64,000 nucleotides of DNA from Dehalococcoidia bacterium (lineage in GTDB: Bacteria; Chloroflexota; Dehalococcoidia; GIF9; UBA5629), in NCBI GenBank assembly GCA_050011565.1, contig JBEKIW010000001.1:352001-416000 (forward strand), written 5' to 3'. The notes under the pieces are model-generated. The model made no database searches. It worked only from the letters and a program-made list of their open reading frames with translations, and was not told the DNA's origin. Each line of letters opens with the position of its first letter. Position 1 is the first letter of the stretch. Positions 47,871-57,872 of the stretch are shown one piece after another. The position numbers were made by a program, and so were the translations under genes.

Positions 47871-48355
47871 TACGAGTTAGAGATCTCCTCTTGTCTGGCT
47901 GTTTTTGGGAAAAGCTGTTCGACTTCATTGGTTGTTAATTTGCCATGCGTGTCTTCGTTTATTCTCAATGTCGGGGCGAGTGCACAGGCTCCTATGCAAG
48001 CCACGGTCTCAAGACTATATTGCAGGTCAGGTGTCGTTTCCCCCGCTTTAATACCGATGGCGCGTTCAATAGCTTCCAGGATTCTGGCGCCTCCGCGCAC
48101 ATGGCAGGCAGTACCCTGGCATACCGCAACATGTTTTTTGCCTATAGGGGTTGTCCTGAATTGTGCATAGAAGCTGGCTACGCCGTAGACTACATTTGCT
48201 GATAGACCTGCAATGCGTCCGATTTCCTCCATTGCCACTTCTGGTAAATAGCCAAATTTATCTTGCACAGCCTGTAGAGCTGGTATCAATATGACCTGAC
48301 GACCTTGAAAGGGGGCAAGTATCTCTCTCATCTGTTCTATTAAATCGGTTGTCAT
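47870..48355 (-). CDS. nuoE: NuoE/HydC-like [2Fe-2S] subunit (copy 2)
   Basis: LQ.VQ..FGYLP, GVASFY.QF, VCQGTACHVRG, ACIGACALAP. Confidence 0.93.
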   Translation of the reverse strand: MTTDLIEQMREILAPFQGRQVILIPALQAVQDKFGYLPEVAMEEIGRIAGLSANVVYGVASFYAQFRTTPIGKKHVAVCQGTACHVRGGARILEAIERAIGIKAGETTPDLQYSLETVACIGACALAPTLRINEDTHGKLTTNEVEQLFPKTARQEEISNS

Positions 48356-48376
48356 GGTATTGCTACCTTCCGGATG

Positions 48377-51091
48377 TCACCGGCGAGCCCGGCTGTTTTT
48401 TCGAACCCGCTCGATGCGAACAGCACAAACTTTAAACTCTGGGATTTTAGCTACCGGGTCTAATGCCGCGTTGGTTAATAGATTGGCAGCACTCTCAGCG
48501 AAATGGAAAGTCATGTAGACAACTTTCGGCGGTGATTCCTCAGTGACTTTTGCCTTAGTTATTACCTCGCCACGGCGCGAAACCACCTTGACTTTGTCGC
48601 CGTCTTTAATTTTCAGCGAAGATGCATCTGACGGATTTATCTCTATAACTCCCTCAGGTTCAATGGTATTGAGTCCGGCAACCTTACGCGTCATGGTGCC
48701 GGTGTGATAGTGATACAGATTTCGTCCTGTGGTAAGTACCAAAGGATATTCTTTGTCAGGTAATTCGGCAGGCGGCTTGTATTGCAGCGGTGCGAATTTT
48801 CCCAGACCGCAGACAAATCTACCCACGTGCAATATGGGCGTCCCCGGGTGGTCTTTAGTTGGACAAGGCCATTGCAGACCACATTCTTCCAGCCGCTCAT
48901 AGATGACGCCACCGTAGCTGGGCGTCAATCTTGCAATTTCTTCCATTATCTCAGACGGATTCTCGAAGTCGAAATCCTTGTCGGACATTTTCCTGGCTAG
49001 CTGACATATAATCCACCAGTCAGGCTTGGAGTTGCCCACGGGTTCTATTGCTTTCCTAACTCGTTGTATACGTCGTTCGGTATTGGTAAAGGTGCCATTT
49101 TTTTCGGCGAAGCTGACCGCCGGTAAAACAACGTCAGCCAGACGGGCAGTTTCGGTGAGAAAGAGGTCCTGAACTACCAGGAACTCGAGTTTTTTCAGTG
49201 CCTTCTCAGTGTGATTGGCATCGGCATCGCTCAATATCGGGTTTTCTCCCATTACATAGATAGCTTTAATTTTCCCATCGTAAGCGGCATCGAGCATTTC
49301 AGTTAAGGTTAGTCCCGGAGTTGGATTTAAGTCGCTTCTCCAGGCAATCTCAAACTTTTTTTGAATGTCCGGGTTGTCGACTCTTTGGTAACCGGTGTAA
49401 ACATTAGGCAAAGCGCCCATGTCACATGCACCTTGTACATTGTTCTGCCCTCGCAGAGGATTTACGCCGGTTGACGGCCTACCCATATTGCCGGTTAACA
49501 TGGCCAGGTTGGCGACTGCCATCACGTTGTCCGTGCCGTGACTATGCTGGGTAATGCCCATGGCATAGATTATGGTTGCCGGTTTACATGTAGCATATAA
49601 TCTAGCTCCCTCAGCGATGGTATCTCGCGGCACCCCTGTAGTCTTTTCCACGAAATCGAGGTCGAAATTCTGCAATGATTCCTTGAAGGCATCGAAGTTG
49701 TCGCAACATTCACTGATGAAGCTCAAATCAGCCAATCCCTCGTCCAATATAACCTTCATCATGCCCATAAGCAGAGCCACATCACTGCCCGGAACCTGTC
49801 GCAGCCATACGTCAGCATGTCGGCAAAGCTCAATCTCTCGAGGATTGGCAACAATAAGCCTGCCACCATTACGCACCGCCTTCTTTATCTCCAGTGCAAT
49901 TACCGGATGCCCGGCGGTAGTATTACTGCCTATGACTAAGATGCAGGCAGCATCTTTGATCTCACTTATAGAGTTTGTCATAGCACCGCTTCCGAAACTG
50001 GCGGCCAGACCGGCCACCGTTGGGGAATGTCAGAGACGGGCACAGTGGTCCACATTGTTGGTTTGCATCACCATTCTCGTGAACTTTTGTGCCACGTAAT
50101 TCTCTTCGTTCGTGCACTTAGCAGAAGCGATAAAAGCAAATTGATTTCCCTTATATTTATTCAGCTTATCGGCTACCATGTCAAAGGCCTCGTCCCAGTT
50201 TACCTCAACAAGTTCACCATTTCTTCGTACTAAAGGCGTAGTCAGGCGTTCAGAATGATGAACGAATTCGGCTATGCCAAAACGACCTTTGACGCAGGCC
50301 TGGCCCTGGTTGACTGAGTTTTCTAGGACAGGAACTGAGCGCGAGACCTTGCCTCCGTTTACTTCGAGGCTTAGCTGGCAGCCGACTCCGCAATAAGGGC
50401 ATGTGCTGACCACTGAGCGTTCGGGTATTCCCAGCCATTTGCTGGAACGGTCAATCAGGGCGCCCGTGGGACAAACATCAACACAAGCTCCACAGAATTG
50501 ACATCCCGAGTCCAGTAGCGTCTTATTAAAAGCGGTGCCAACTAGTGCCTGGCTGCCACGATAGGTAAAAGCTATTGCCCCATTCCCTCTTACTTCCTGG
50601 CAGACCCTGACGCAGCGCCCGCAGAGTACACACAGGTTATAGTCTCGCTCAAAGAATGGGCTGTCCTGGTAAACCGGTAAATCTTTGCGAATAGGTGGCA
50701 GGGTAAGCTCCTCTACTCCGATACGGGAGGCAAGCTCTTGCAGTTCACAACGTAGATTCTTAGGGCAGGTAAGGCATTGCTGTGGGTGTTCAGCCAGGAT
50801 GAGTTCAAAAATGTTGCGTCTCAGTTCGCGGAGCTGAAGCGTATTGGTTCGTACTGTCATGTCTTTAGTAATTGGCGTAGTGCAGGCGGTGGGAAATCCT
50901 CGCAAATTCTCAATCTCCACGATGCACAATCGGCAAGCTCCGTATGGAGTGAGACTGGGATGGTAACACAGGGTTGGAATATAAATACCCGCCTGGCGAG
51001 CTGCCTCAAGTACGGTGGCGCCTTCCTTCGCCTTGACCGCTTGCCCGTCTATAGTCAGGTTTATAACCTTTGTTTCTTCACCTACAACCAT
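48377..51091 (-). CDS. fdhF: Formate dehydrogenase alpha subunit, selenocysteine-containing (904 aa; joins ORFs 50030-51091 and 48377-50017)
   Basis: In-frame TGA at 50030-50032 gives NNVDHCARL-U-HSPTVAGL, at the Mo/W ligand position. Also CPYCGVGC, LRGQNNVQG, PEFK.CA, and a SECIS-like hairpin downstream. Confidence 0.95.
49999..50032 (-). promoter_or_regulatory. Sec UGA codon plus bacterial SECIS element
   Basis: UGA CAUUCCCCAAC GGUGGCC-GGUCU-GGCCGCC. The stem starts 11 nt after UGA and has a GGUC apical region, as in the E. coli fdhF SECIS. Confidence 0.85.
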
Positions 51092-51104
51092 AATTAGCTT
51101 CCTG

Positions 51105-53015
51105 TTAAGCGGATGACCCTATAGGTACCGGTTCCAGCGGGACTTCGATTTGCTCGCCGGACACCTTGGTTACGGCAGCAAAGCGCGGCGGGCAGACATC
51201 GATGCATGTCCCGCATTTAATGCATTTATTCTGGTCAATAACATGGACCAATCGCTTACCGCCGGCGATAGCTTGAGTCGGGCAATTGCGCATACAGAGC
51301 ATGCAGCCCTGACATTTTTCGGGCAGGATATAAAACGAAATCAAATTCTTGCAGGCCAGAGACGGGCAGCGTTTTTCATTGATATGGGCTTCATATTCAT
51401 TGCGGAAATAACGGATGGTAGTCAGCACCGGGTTAGGTGCTGTCTGGCCCAGACCACAGAGCGAGCCTTGCTTAACTGTGGTGGCTATTCTCTCAAGTTG
51501 CTCTATGTCTCCTGTCCTGCCTTCACCCTGAGTAATGCGGGTAAGGATGCCAAGCATTTGCCGTGTACCGACCCGGCAGGGCGGACATTTACCACAGGAT
51601 TCCTCCTGTGTAAAAGTAAGGAAGTATCTCGTCAGGTCTACCATACAGGTGTCTTCGTCAGCCACAATCATGCCGCCGGAGCCGATGATTGAGCCGGCAG
51701 CAGCCAGCGACTCATAGTCAACAGGTGAATCCAGCATTGACGGTGGCAGGCAACCGCCGGAGGGGCCACCGGTCTGCACTGCTTTAAACCCTTTGCCTTT
51801 AAGAATGCCGCCGCCTATGTCGTAGATAATTTGGCGCAGAGTAATGCCCAACGGCACTTCAATAAGCCCGGTGCGCTCAACCTTGCCTACAAGGGCAAAG
51901 GTCTTCGTCCCTTTGCTTTTTTCCGCGCCGTAACTGGCATACCATTCGCTGCCTTTTTGTAATATTCGTGCTGTGTTTGCCCAGGTCTCAACATTATTGA
52001 TGTTTGTCGGTTTGCCCCATAAGCCTGATATTGCCGGGAAAGGAGGTCGAGCACGGGGCATACCACGCTTACCTTCTATGGAAGCCATCAAGGCTGTTTC
52101 TTCGCCGCAAACGAAAGCTCCAGCCCCTTCTTTAATCTTTATATGAAAATCGAAGCCTGAGCCCAGGATGTTATCTCCGATAAAGCCGTACTCTTCCATT
52201 TGTCGGAGCGCCAGCCTGAGTCTTTCCAACGCCAGAGGATATTCGGCACGGCAGTAGATATAGCCATGGTTGGCACCTATGGTATATGCGCCTATAGCCA
52301 TACCCTCCAGTACCGAATGAGGGTCACCTTCCAGAAGAGAGCGATTCATGAAGGCGCCCGGGTCGCCTTCATCAGCATTGCAAATGATATATTTATCGTT
52401 ACCCGGCGCTTTACGGCAGAAATCCCATTTTTGCCCTGTTGGAAAACCGGCGCCACCTCTACCACGCAGTCCCGACTTCTTAATCTCTTCAATTATGGCT
52501 TCGGGTGACATGTTTAAAGCCTTGACCAGGCCGCTGTAACCGCCGTTGGCGATATAGTGGTTGATTTTTTCCGGGTCGATGAAACCGCAGTTGTGCAGTA
52601 CTAAGCGGATTTGGGGCTTCAACACCGGCAGGTCGAACAAATAAGGAATGCCGTCTACGGTACCTTCACCGACATAGCCCATGGCCAGGTCAGAGCGAGG
52701 GTTATCGTTTACCAGGTAGTCCTTAACAAGCTGGGTAGCCAGCTCTGGATTTAAATCTCCGTAGATGATTTGTGGGCGTCCCGGCTTAACAATGCCGATC
52801 ATCGGTTCGGCAAAACATAATCCCATGCAGCCGACCCGAATAATAATAGCCTCGACTTTTTGTCGGGCCAGTTCCTCTTCGATGGCTTGGAGCACGTTGA
52901 ATACCCCGGCAGCGCCGCCACAGGTTCCGGCGCCTACTAAGAGCAATGGCTTCTTGCTAGATTGCAGTGCCTTCCATTCCGAAACTGCTTGTTCTCGAAT
53001 CTTCTCGAAAGTCAC
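51105..53015 (-). CDS. nuoF: NuoF/HydB(HylB)-like diaphorase subunit (copy 1)
   Basis: GCMGLC, GLRGRGGAGFP, NADEGDPGAFM, GAFVCGEETAL, GGPSGG, ESCGKCPPCR, C-terminal 2x[4Fe-4S]. Confidence 0.92.
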   Translation of the reverse strand: MTFEKIREQAVSEWKALQSSKKPLLLVGAGTCGGAAGVFNVLQAIEEELARQKVEAIIIRVGCMGLCFAEPMIGIVKPGRPQIIYGDLNPELATQLVKDYLVNDNPRSDLAMGYVGEGTVDGIPYLFDLPVLKPQIRLVLHNCGFIDPEKINHYIANGGYSGLVKALNMSPEAIIEEIKKSGLRGRGGAGFPTGQKWDFCRKAPGNDKYIICNADEGDPGAFMNRSLLEGDPHSVLEGMAIGAYTIGANHGYIYCRAEYPLALERLRLALRQMEEYGFIGDNILGSGFDFHIKIKEGAGAFVCGEETALMASIEGKRGMPRARPPFPAISGLWGKPTNINNVETWANTARILQKGSEWYASYGAEKSKGTKTFALVGKVERTGLIEVPLGITLRQIIYDIGGGILKGKGFKAVQTGGPSGGCLPPSMLDSPVDYESLAAAGSIIGSGGMIVADEDTCMVDLTRYFLTFTQEESCGKCPPCRVGTRQMLGILTRITQGEGRTGDIEQLERIATTVKQGSLCGLGQTAPNPVLTTIRYFRNEYEAHINEKRCPSLACKNLISFYILPEKCQGCMLCMRNCPTQAIAGGKRLVHVIDQNKCIKCGTCIDVCPPRFAAVTKVSGEQIEVPLEPVPIGSSA

Positions 53016-53027
53016 TGAGCCGTACCT

Positions 53028-53477
53028 TCATTCATACTTGGTTATGGTGTCCTTTGCCTTGGACACTGTCATTCGCCCGTAAACATCTTTGTCTACGACT
53101 AATACAGGAGCTAGGGCACAGGAGCCGAAGCAGGCTACTCTCTCCAGGCTGAATTTGTTATCTTTGGTTGTGCCTCCGGACTCAACGTCAAGTTCTCTCT
53201 TGACTTCATCCAGAATTCGCTCGCCGCCGCGGACGTGGCATGCTGTGCCCAGGCAAACTTTTACTGTGTGCTTACCGCGGGCGGTGAAGTAAAACTGGGC
53301 GTAGAAAGTCGCGACTCCAAAGACTTCGCTTTCGGACATCCCGCAGGACTTGGCGATTTCGGCGATTGTCTCCTCAGGTAAATAGCCGAAGTTCTCCTGC
53401 ACCTTCTGTAGAATTGGAATTAATGCTCCCCTCTCCCCCTTATATTCAGCCACTATTTTAGCTAATTCATCGGGCAA
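53028..53477 (-). CDS. nuoE: NuoE/HydC-like [2Fe-2S] subunit (copy 1)
   Basis: LIPILQ.VQ..FGYLP, GVATFYAQF, VCLGTACHVRG, ACFGSCALAP. TTG start at 53477 follows GGGGAGG. Confidence 0.92.
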   Translation of the reverse strand: MPDELAKIVAEYKGERGALIPILQKVQENFGYLPEETIAEIAKSCGMSESEVFGVATFYAQFYFTARGKHTVKVCLGTACHVRGGERILDEVKRELDVESGGTTKDNKFSLERVACFGSCALAPVLVVDKDVYGRMTVSKAKDTITKYE

Positions 53478-53511
53478 ATAAGCCTCCCCGTAGGTGAGTA
53501 ACCAAATCTGA

Positions 53512-53540
53512 AGTTTAGCAAAAAAAGCCGTTTCGGTCAA
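53512..53540 (-). promoter_or_regulatory. sigma70 promoter of the redox operon
   Basis: TTGACC-N17-TAAACT with an extended TG. Confidence 0.65.
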
Positions 53541-53620
53541 TTGCCGCCCAAGCTGAATTGTGCTTTTTTCTTCAGGTGAACCGGCGATGCAGGTACTCCA
53601 GTGCCGGTTAATAATGATTC

Positions 53621-54454
53621 TTACGCCAGGATTATATTGTCAATGAGCCTCGTCTTGCTGAATCTAACTGCCAGCGAAGCCAGCGCCGGCCTCTCGATTT
53701 TAGACAGTTCTTCCAGAGTGTCGGCGTTGGCAATGCTGACGTATTCAATTTTCGCCAGTGGTTCCAGGCTGATGAGTGAGGCCATTTGTTGGCGCACGGT
53801 CTCGGCATTCCTCTCGCCTTTCTTCAAGAGGTTTTGAGCCAGTGTCAGAGCCTTGAACAGGACAGTAGCTGCCTGGCGCTCCTGAGGGTTGAGGTAAACG
53901 TTGCGGCTGCTCATAGCCAGCCCATCGCTCTCCCGGACGGTAGGCGCTACTATTACTTCGAGATTCATGTTGAGGTCGGCGACCATTTTCTTGATGACCA
54001 GTGCTTGCTGGGCATCTTTCTGCCCGAAATAGGCTCGGATAGGCTCGACGATGTTAAATAGTTTGGCGACCACGGTAGCCACTCCCTTGAAATGCCCCGG
54101 ACGGTGACACCCTTCAAGTCGGTCTGTAACCTTTTGCACATCCACCCAACTGCTGAACCTGTCAGGGTACATCTCTTCCACTGACGGCATGAAGACGACG
54201 TCCGTCTTTTCTTTTTGCAGCATGTCCAGATCACGCTCTGTATCGCGGGGATAAGTTTTGAAGTCCTCGGTGGGGCCGAATTGGGTGGGATTGACGAAGA
54301 TGCTGACTACAACTACAGAGTTCTCGGCTCGAGCTTGCCGGACTAAAGCCAGATGCCCCTGGTGAAGATAACCCATGGTAGGTACAAAGCCCACGGAGCC
54401 AGGGCTCTTTATCCTCGCGGCCTTCATTTCGGCAATGCTTTTGGCTATTTGCAT
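53621..54454 (-). CDS. panC: Pantoate--beta-alanine ligase
   Basis: VPTMGYLHQGH, SIFVNPTQF, RPGHF.GV, FGQKD.QQ, GLAMSSRN, RLIDN. Confidence 0.97.
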   Translation of the reverse strand: MQIAKSIAEMKAARIKSPGSVGFVPTMGYLHQGHLALVRQARAENSVVVVSIFVNPTQFGPTEDFKTYPRDTERDLDMLQKEKTDVVFMPSVEEMYPDRFSSWVDVQKVTDRLEGCHRPGHFKGVATVVAKLFNIVEPIRAYFGQKDAQQALVIKKMVADLNMNLEVIVAPTVRESDGLAMSSRNVYLNPQERQAATVLFKALTLAQNLLKKGERNAETVRQQMASLISLEPLAKIEYVSIANADTLEELSKIERPALASLAVRFSKTRLIDNIILA

Positions 54455-54460
54455 GGCTCT

Positions 54461-55294
54461 TCAGGCACGCGCTAGCTCTTCAAGCAGGCTCTCATCTATG
54501 GTAGAGCTATTTTGGGGGGTGGGAAACTTACCAGCTTTGACTTCGGCGATGTAATCGGCGAGGGCGGTTCTAATAGAACCCGCTAATTTGGCATACTGCT
54601 TGGCATGCTTGGGCACAAAATCTGAAAACAGGCCAAGAAGGTCGCTGATTACCTGCACCTGGCCGTCGCAGTCAGGTCCGGCGCCGATACCGATGGTGGG
54701 GATGCTTAGCTTCTGAGAGATTAGCTTCGAAAGAGGTGCCGGCACCAGTTCTAAAACAACAGCGAAAGCGCCGGCTTGTTCCAGAGCTTGAGCATCTTTG
54801 AGCAATCGCTCGGCAGCCTCAGGAGTTTTACCCTGTACCCGGTGGCCTCCGAGTTGATGAACGGATTGCGGAGTCAGCCCGATGTGTCCCATTACCGGTA
54901 TGCCACATTCCACAATCCGCTTTACTGTATCGGCGACGGTTACGCCGCCCTCCAATTTAATCGCCTGAGCACCGCCCTCCTGGATAAATCGTGCTGCGTT
55001 ACGCAGAGCATCGGCTATGCTGGTGTGATAAGTCATAAACGGCATATCGCCTATTACCATAGATTGTTTGGTGCCCCGAACTACAGCCCTGGTGTGATGT
55101 ATCATTTCATCCATAGTCACCGGAATGGTCGATTCATAGCCCAGTATTACCATCCCCAGGCTGTCACCGACTAAAATCAATGGTATGCCAGCCTCGTCCA
55201 CCAGTTTGGCCGTGGAATAGTCATAGGCGGTAAGCATGACTATTTTTTCTTTCTTGACTTTCATTTCCTTTACTTCGTTAATGCTAACTCTCAT
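54461..55294 (-). CDS. panB: 3-methyl-2-oxobutanoate hydroxymethyltransferase
   Basis: MLTAYD, LVGDSLG, DMPF, KLEGG, GHIGLTPQ, IGIGAG..CDGQV. Confidence 0.97.
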   Translation of the reverse strand: MRVSINEVKEMKVKKEKIVMLTAYDYSTAKLVDEAGIPLILVGDSLGMVILGYESTIPVTMDEMIHHTRAVVRGTKQSMVIGDMPFMTYHTSIADALRNAARFIQEGGAQAIKLEGGVTVADTVKRIVECGIPVMGHIGLTPQSVHQLGGHRVQGKTPEAAERLLKDAQALEQAGAFAVVLELVPAPLSKLISQKLSIPTIGIGAGPDCDGQVQVISDLLGLFSDFVPKHAKQYAKLAGSIRTALADYIAEVKAGKFPTPQNSSTIDESLLEELARA

Positions 55295-55321
55295 TTTCAC
55301 ACCTCCTCTTAGTCATCGTCT

Positions 55322-55714
55322 TTAATGTGTCGATAACAAATCTTTAGTCCAGTCCCGTGTGCCTTTGGTATCAACGATTCGATTTTGTGAATCTACATAC
55401 ACCAGCCGGGGGCTAAATGTGGCAGATTCGTCTTCGGCAACCAAGTGATAAGACAGGACAATCACAATATCACTCTTAGCCACGAGTCTGGCGGCTGCGC
55501 CGTTGAGGCAAATTTCGCCTGAGCCTCTTTCTCCTTCAATCGCGTAGGTGTGAAACCTGGCGCTGTTGTTGATGTTCAACACTTCCACTTTTTCGAACTG
55601 GAGTATGTCGGCTGCTTCCATTAAATCCTTGTCGATGGTTATGCTGCCTTCATAGTCGACATTACACTGGGTAACTCGAGCGCGGTGGATTTTACTTTTA
55701 AGCATCGTTCTCAT
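55322..55714 (-). CDS. panD: Aspartate 1-decarboxylase
   Basis: [14 protein letters not shown]|SITID cleavage site, TYAI.G, NGAAAR. Confidence 0.97.
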   Translation of the reverse strand: MRTMLKSKIHRARVTQCNVDYEGSITIDKDLMEAADILQFEKVEVLNINNSARFHTYAIEGERGSGEICLNGAAARLVAKSDIVIVLSYHLVAEDESATFSPRLVYVDSQNRIVDTKGTRDWTKDLLSTH

Positions 55715-55733
55715 TTTGTCACCTCGTTTTGTT

Positions 55734-56603
55734 TTATCTCAGTAAAGTATTTAGCTCTTCGGCTCTTTGCGAATCTATTTTTCCTTTAGCTAAGGCAATC
55801 GGCACTGTCTGCCGTCCTAACTCTTTGTAGATGCCGAGAAGGGATGGGGCCTGTTTTGACAAAGATTCCAGATGCCTGCTAATAGTTCCCAGGTCGCCCC
55901 GGGCAATCGGGCCGGTCAAGCAGTTCGGCAAACCGACGTTTTCGATATTGCTTAATGTGCCCCGAAGTAATGGCATCAGCGCTTTGGTGGCTTGTGCCGG
56001 GGGCACCTCGAATGTCTGCCATAGGTCTGTAGCCAGCTTGACCAGAGTCACCAGATAATTACAGGCGAAGACAGCCGCAGCATGGTACAGCACCTTATCA
56101 CCGGCTTTTAGAATTACCCAAGCGCCTTCCAAAGCAATAGCCATCTTGTTAAGCACGGATGCCAGCGGTTCTTCAGCTTCGATGGCAAAGGTGGAACCGG
56201 GGATGTTGTCTATCGCCTGGTCAACGCTGGCGAAAGTCTGTAACGGATGAAAACAGCCCGTGCTAGCTCCTCGTAGTTTTGCCGGCTCCAAAATATCGAC
56301 AGAATGGGCGCCGCTGCAGTGAACTACACTTTGTCCATCGTGCCACCTTACTTCGGCGGCCACCTTAGAAATGGTGTCATCTGGTGTGGTGATAAAAACA
56401 AGTTGAGCGACATCTGCTACCTCTTGTGCTCCGCTATAAACTTTGCAGCCGCTTATCCTTGAAGCCAGCTTTTCTGCTGAGGTTAAGCTCCGGCTGGATA
56501 CGGCAGTAACCGGGTATCCGTGCTGAGCCAGCCTTACCGCGAGAGCCGTACCCGTCGTTCCGGCACCTATGAAGCCAATCGTTCCTGCATTCTGCTTCTT
56601 CAT
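55734..56603 (-). CDS. Rossmann-like/DUF2520 protein (PanG-type ketopantoate reductase candidate)
   Basis: [36 protein letters not shown]; located in the pan operon. Confidence 0.85.
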   Translation of the reverse strand: MKKQNAGTIGFIGAGTTGTALAVRLAQHGYPVTAVSSRSLTSAEKLASRISGCKVYSGAQEVADVAQLVFITTPDDTISKVAAEVRWHDGQSVVHCSGAHSVDILEPAKLRGASTGCFHPLQTFASVDQAIDNIPGSTFAIEAEEPLASVLNKMAIALEGAWVILKAGDKVLYHAAAVFACNYLVTLVKLATDLWQTFEVPPAQATKALMPLLRGTLSNIENVGLPNCLTGPIARGDLGTISRHLESLSKQAPSLLGIYKELGRQTVPIALAKGKIDSQRAEELNTLLR

Positions 56604-57565
56604 GGCATGTCCTTCATGGCCGGTATGCCGGCCAGTGTTTCCGCCTGTTGAACTGCCCTGACTATGGCATCGGCCACCACCTCAGCGGCTGCCGTCCCTA
56701 ACATCGTAATGTCGCCCATCTTGTCACCCAGAGATAACGCAAATATAATATCGCCATCATACATCGTATGGCTCGGGTTGATAGCCCGGGCTATACCGTC
56801 CTGCGCCATCTGCGCTAGTTTATTCACCTGTTCCTTGGTTAAGTTGGCGTTGGTAGCCACCACGCCCAGGGTGGTATTTGTGGCAAGTGGGTTTTTACTG
56901 TAGGTATACGCACCTCCAGTTAATAGCTCTACGGTACTAATAAAACCATTATTCTCCTCGTTACGAGGGCCGGCCACTATTTTCCCTGTTTGGTGGTCAA
57001 TAATGTCGCCGATGGCGTTGACCACGACAAGCGCCGCCACGATTACGTCATCACCTATTTTGCAGCTGGCCGTGCCCAGTCCGCTCTTAGTAGCTCGTTC
57101 TATGCCCAGGATTTTCCCCACCGTAGCGCCGGTACCGGCACCAACGCAGCCCCCCGAAACCTCCTTTTCCGTGGCAGCTAGGCAAGCCTTGTAGCCCTCT
57201 TCGGCGCCAGGTCTGATTTTAGAGCTGCCTACGTTCAGGTCGAAAAGAATGGCTGCGGGAACGATAGGCACTTTGGCTACCATCGTTTCGTGGCCGAAAC
57301 CTCGTTCCTCAAGGTAGCGCATGACACCGCCGGCGGCATCGAGGCCGAAAGCACTGCCACCGCTCAGGAGAACGGCTTGAACTTTTTCCACCAGATTCAT
57401 AGGTCGGAGAAGGTCAGTCTCTCTGGTTCCCGGTGCCGAGCCCCTGACGTCGACGCCGGCTACCGCACCGGTCTCACACAGAATCACGGTGCAGCCGGTA
57501 GCCGCCGCCCTGTCGGTGTAATGTCCGACTTTTATTCCAGTAACATCGGTTATAGCGTTGTACAT
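56600..57565 (-). CDS. P1-family (DmpA/DOM-fold) self-cleaving hydrolase, ThnT-like N|TT type
   Basis: ITDV.GIKVGH, TGCTV, DVRG.APGTRETDLL, GGSAFGL, GAGTGA, VNA.GD, NTTLGVVATN, P.HT.YDGD..F. ATG at 57565. Confidence 0.9.
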   Translation of the reverse strand: MYNAITDVTGIKVGHYTDRAAATGCTVILCETGAVAGVDVRGSAPGTRETDLLRPMNLVEKVQAVLLSGGSAFGLDAAGGVMRYLEERGFGHETMVAKVPIVPAAILFDLNVGSSKIRPGAEEGYKACLAATEKEVSGGCVGAGTGATVGKILGIERATKSGLGTASCKIGDDVIVAALVVVNAIGDIIDHQTGKIVAGPRNEENNGFISTVELLTGGAYTYSKNPLATNTTLGVVATNANLTKEQVNKLAQMAQDGIARAINPSHTMYDGDIIFALSLGDKMGDITMLGTAAAEVVADAIVRAVQQAETLAGIPAMKDMP

Positions 57566-57575
57566 CGCCCCCCCC

Positions 57576-57611
57576 AAAAAGAAAGCCTTCTCAGCGTTGC
57601 CGAGAAGGCTC
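57576..57611 (-). terminator. Leader intrinsic terminator upstream of the pan operon
   Basis: GAGCCTTCTCGGC-aac-GCTGAGAAGGCTT followed by TCTTTTT. Confidence 0.88.
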
Positions 57612-57631
57612 AATAAACACTACCCCTATTT

Positions 57632-57664
57632 CCCGTCTCGGTCATCGCTGATCCAAGCGGTCCT
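57632..57664 (-). ncRNA. pan RNA motif (cis-regulatory candidate of pantothenate genes)
   Basis: GACCGCUUGGAUC-agcgau-GACCGAGACGG hairpin with two bulged A's, in the 5' leader of the pan operon and followed by a terminator. Confidence 0.8.
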
Positions 57665-57718
57665 TATTTATTTCCTAAGTAAACCTGCTCACCGCCATTA
57701 AGGTCGATGGCAATAGTA

Positions 57719-57747
57719 ATGATAAGGAATTTTGCCCATCGTGTCAA
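57719..57747 (-). promoter_or_regulatory. sigma70 promoter of the pan operon leader
   Basis: TTGACA-N17-TATCAT. Confidence 0.7.
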
Positions 57748-57784
57748 TAGGCAAAAGGTCATGTTTGACTGTGAGATTGGTGGT

Positions 57785-57859
57785 TGGAGCGGGAGACGGG
57801 ATTCGAACCCGCGACAGCCTGCTTGGAAGGCAGGAACTCTACCACTGAGTTACTCCCGC
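57785..57859 (-). tRNA. tRNA-Gly (anticodon TCC)
   Basis: GCGGGAG/CTCCCGC acceptor stem, anticodon arm CCTGC-CTTCCAA-GCAGG, T-loop GTTCGAATC, U73 and an encoded CCA. Confidence 0.98.
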
Positions 57860-57872
57860 TCGAATCACACTC

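Noticed and set aside
48377-51091. fdhF as a pseudogene or split gene
   Set aside because: The stop is an in-frame TGA exactly at the Cys/Sec ligand position and is followed by a SECIS-like hairpin.
53541-53620. Moco/tungsten riboswitch or Rex box upstream of the FDH operon
   Set aside because: Only an AACCGGC/GCCGGTT inverted repeat (53579-53609), which lies upstream of the predicted promoter; no recognisable riboswitch or Rex consensus.
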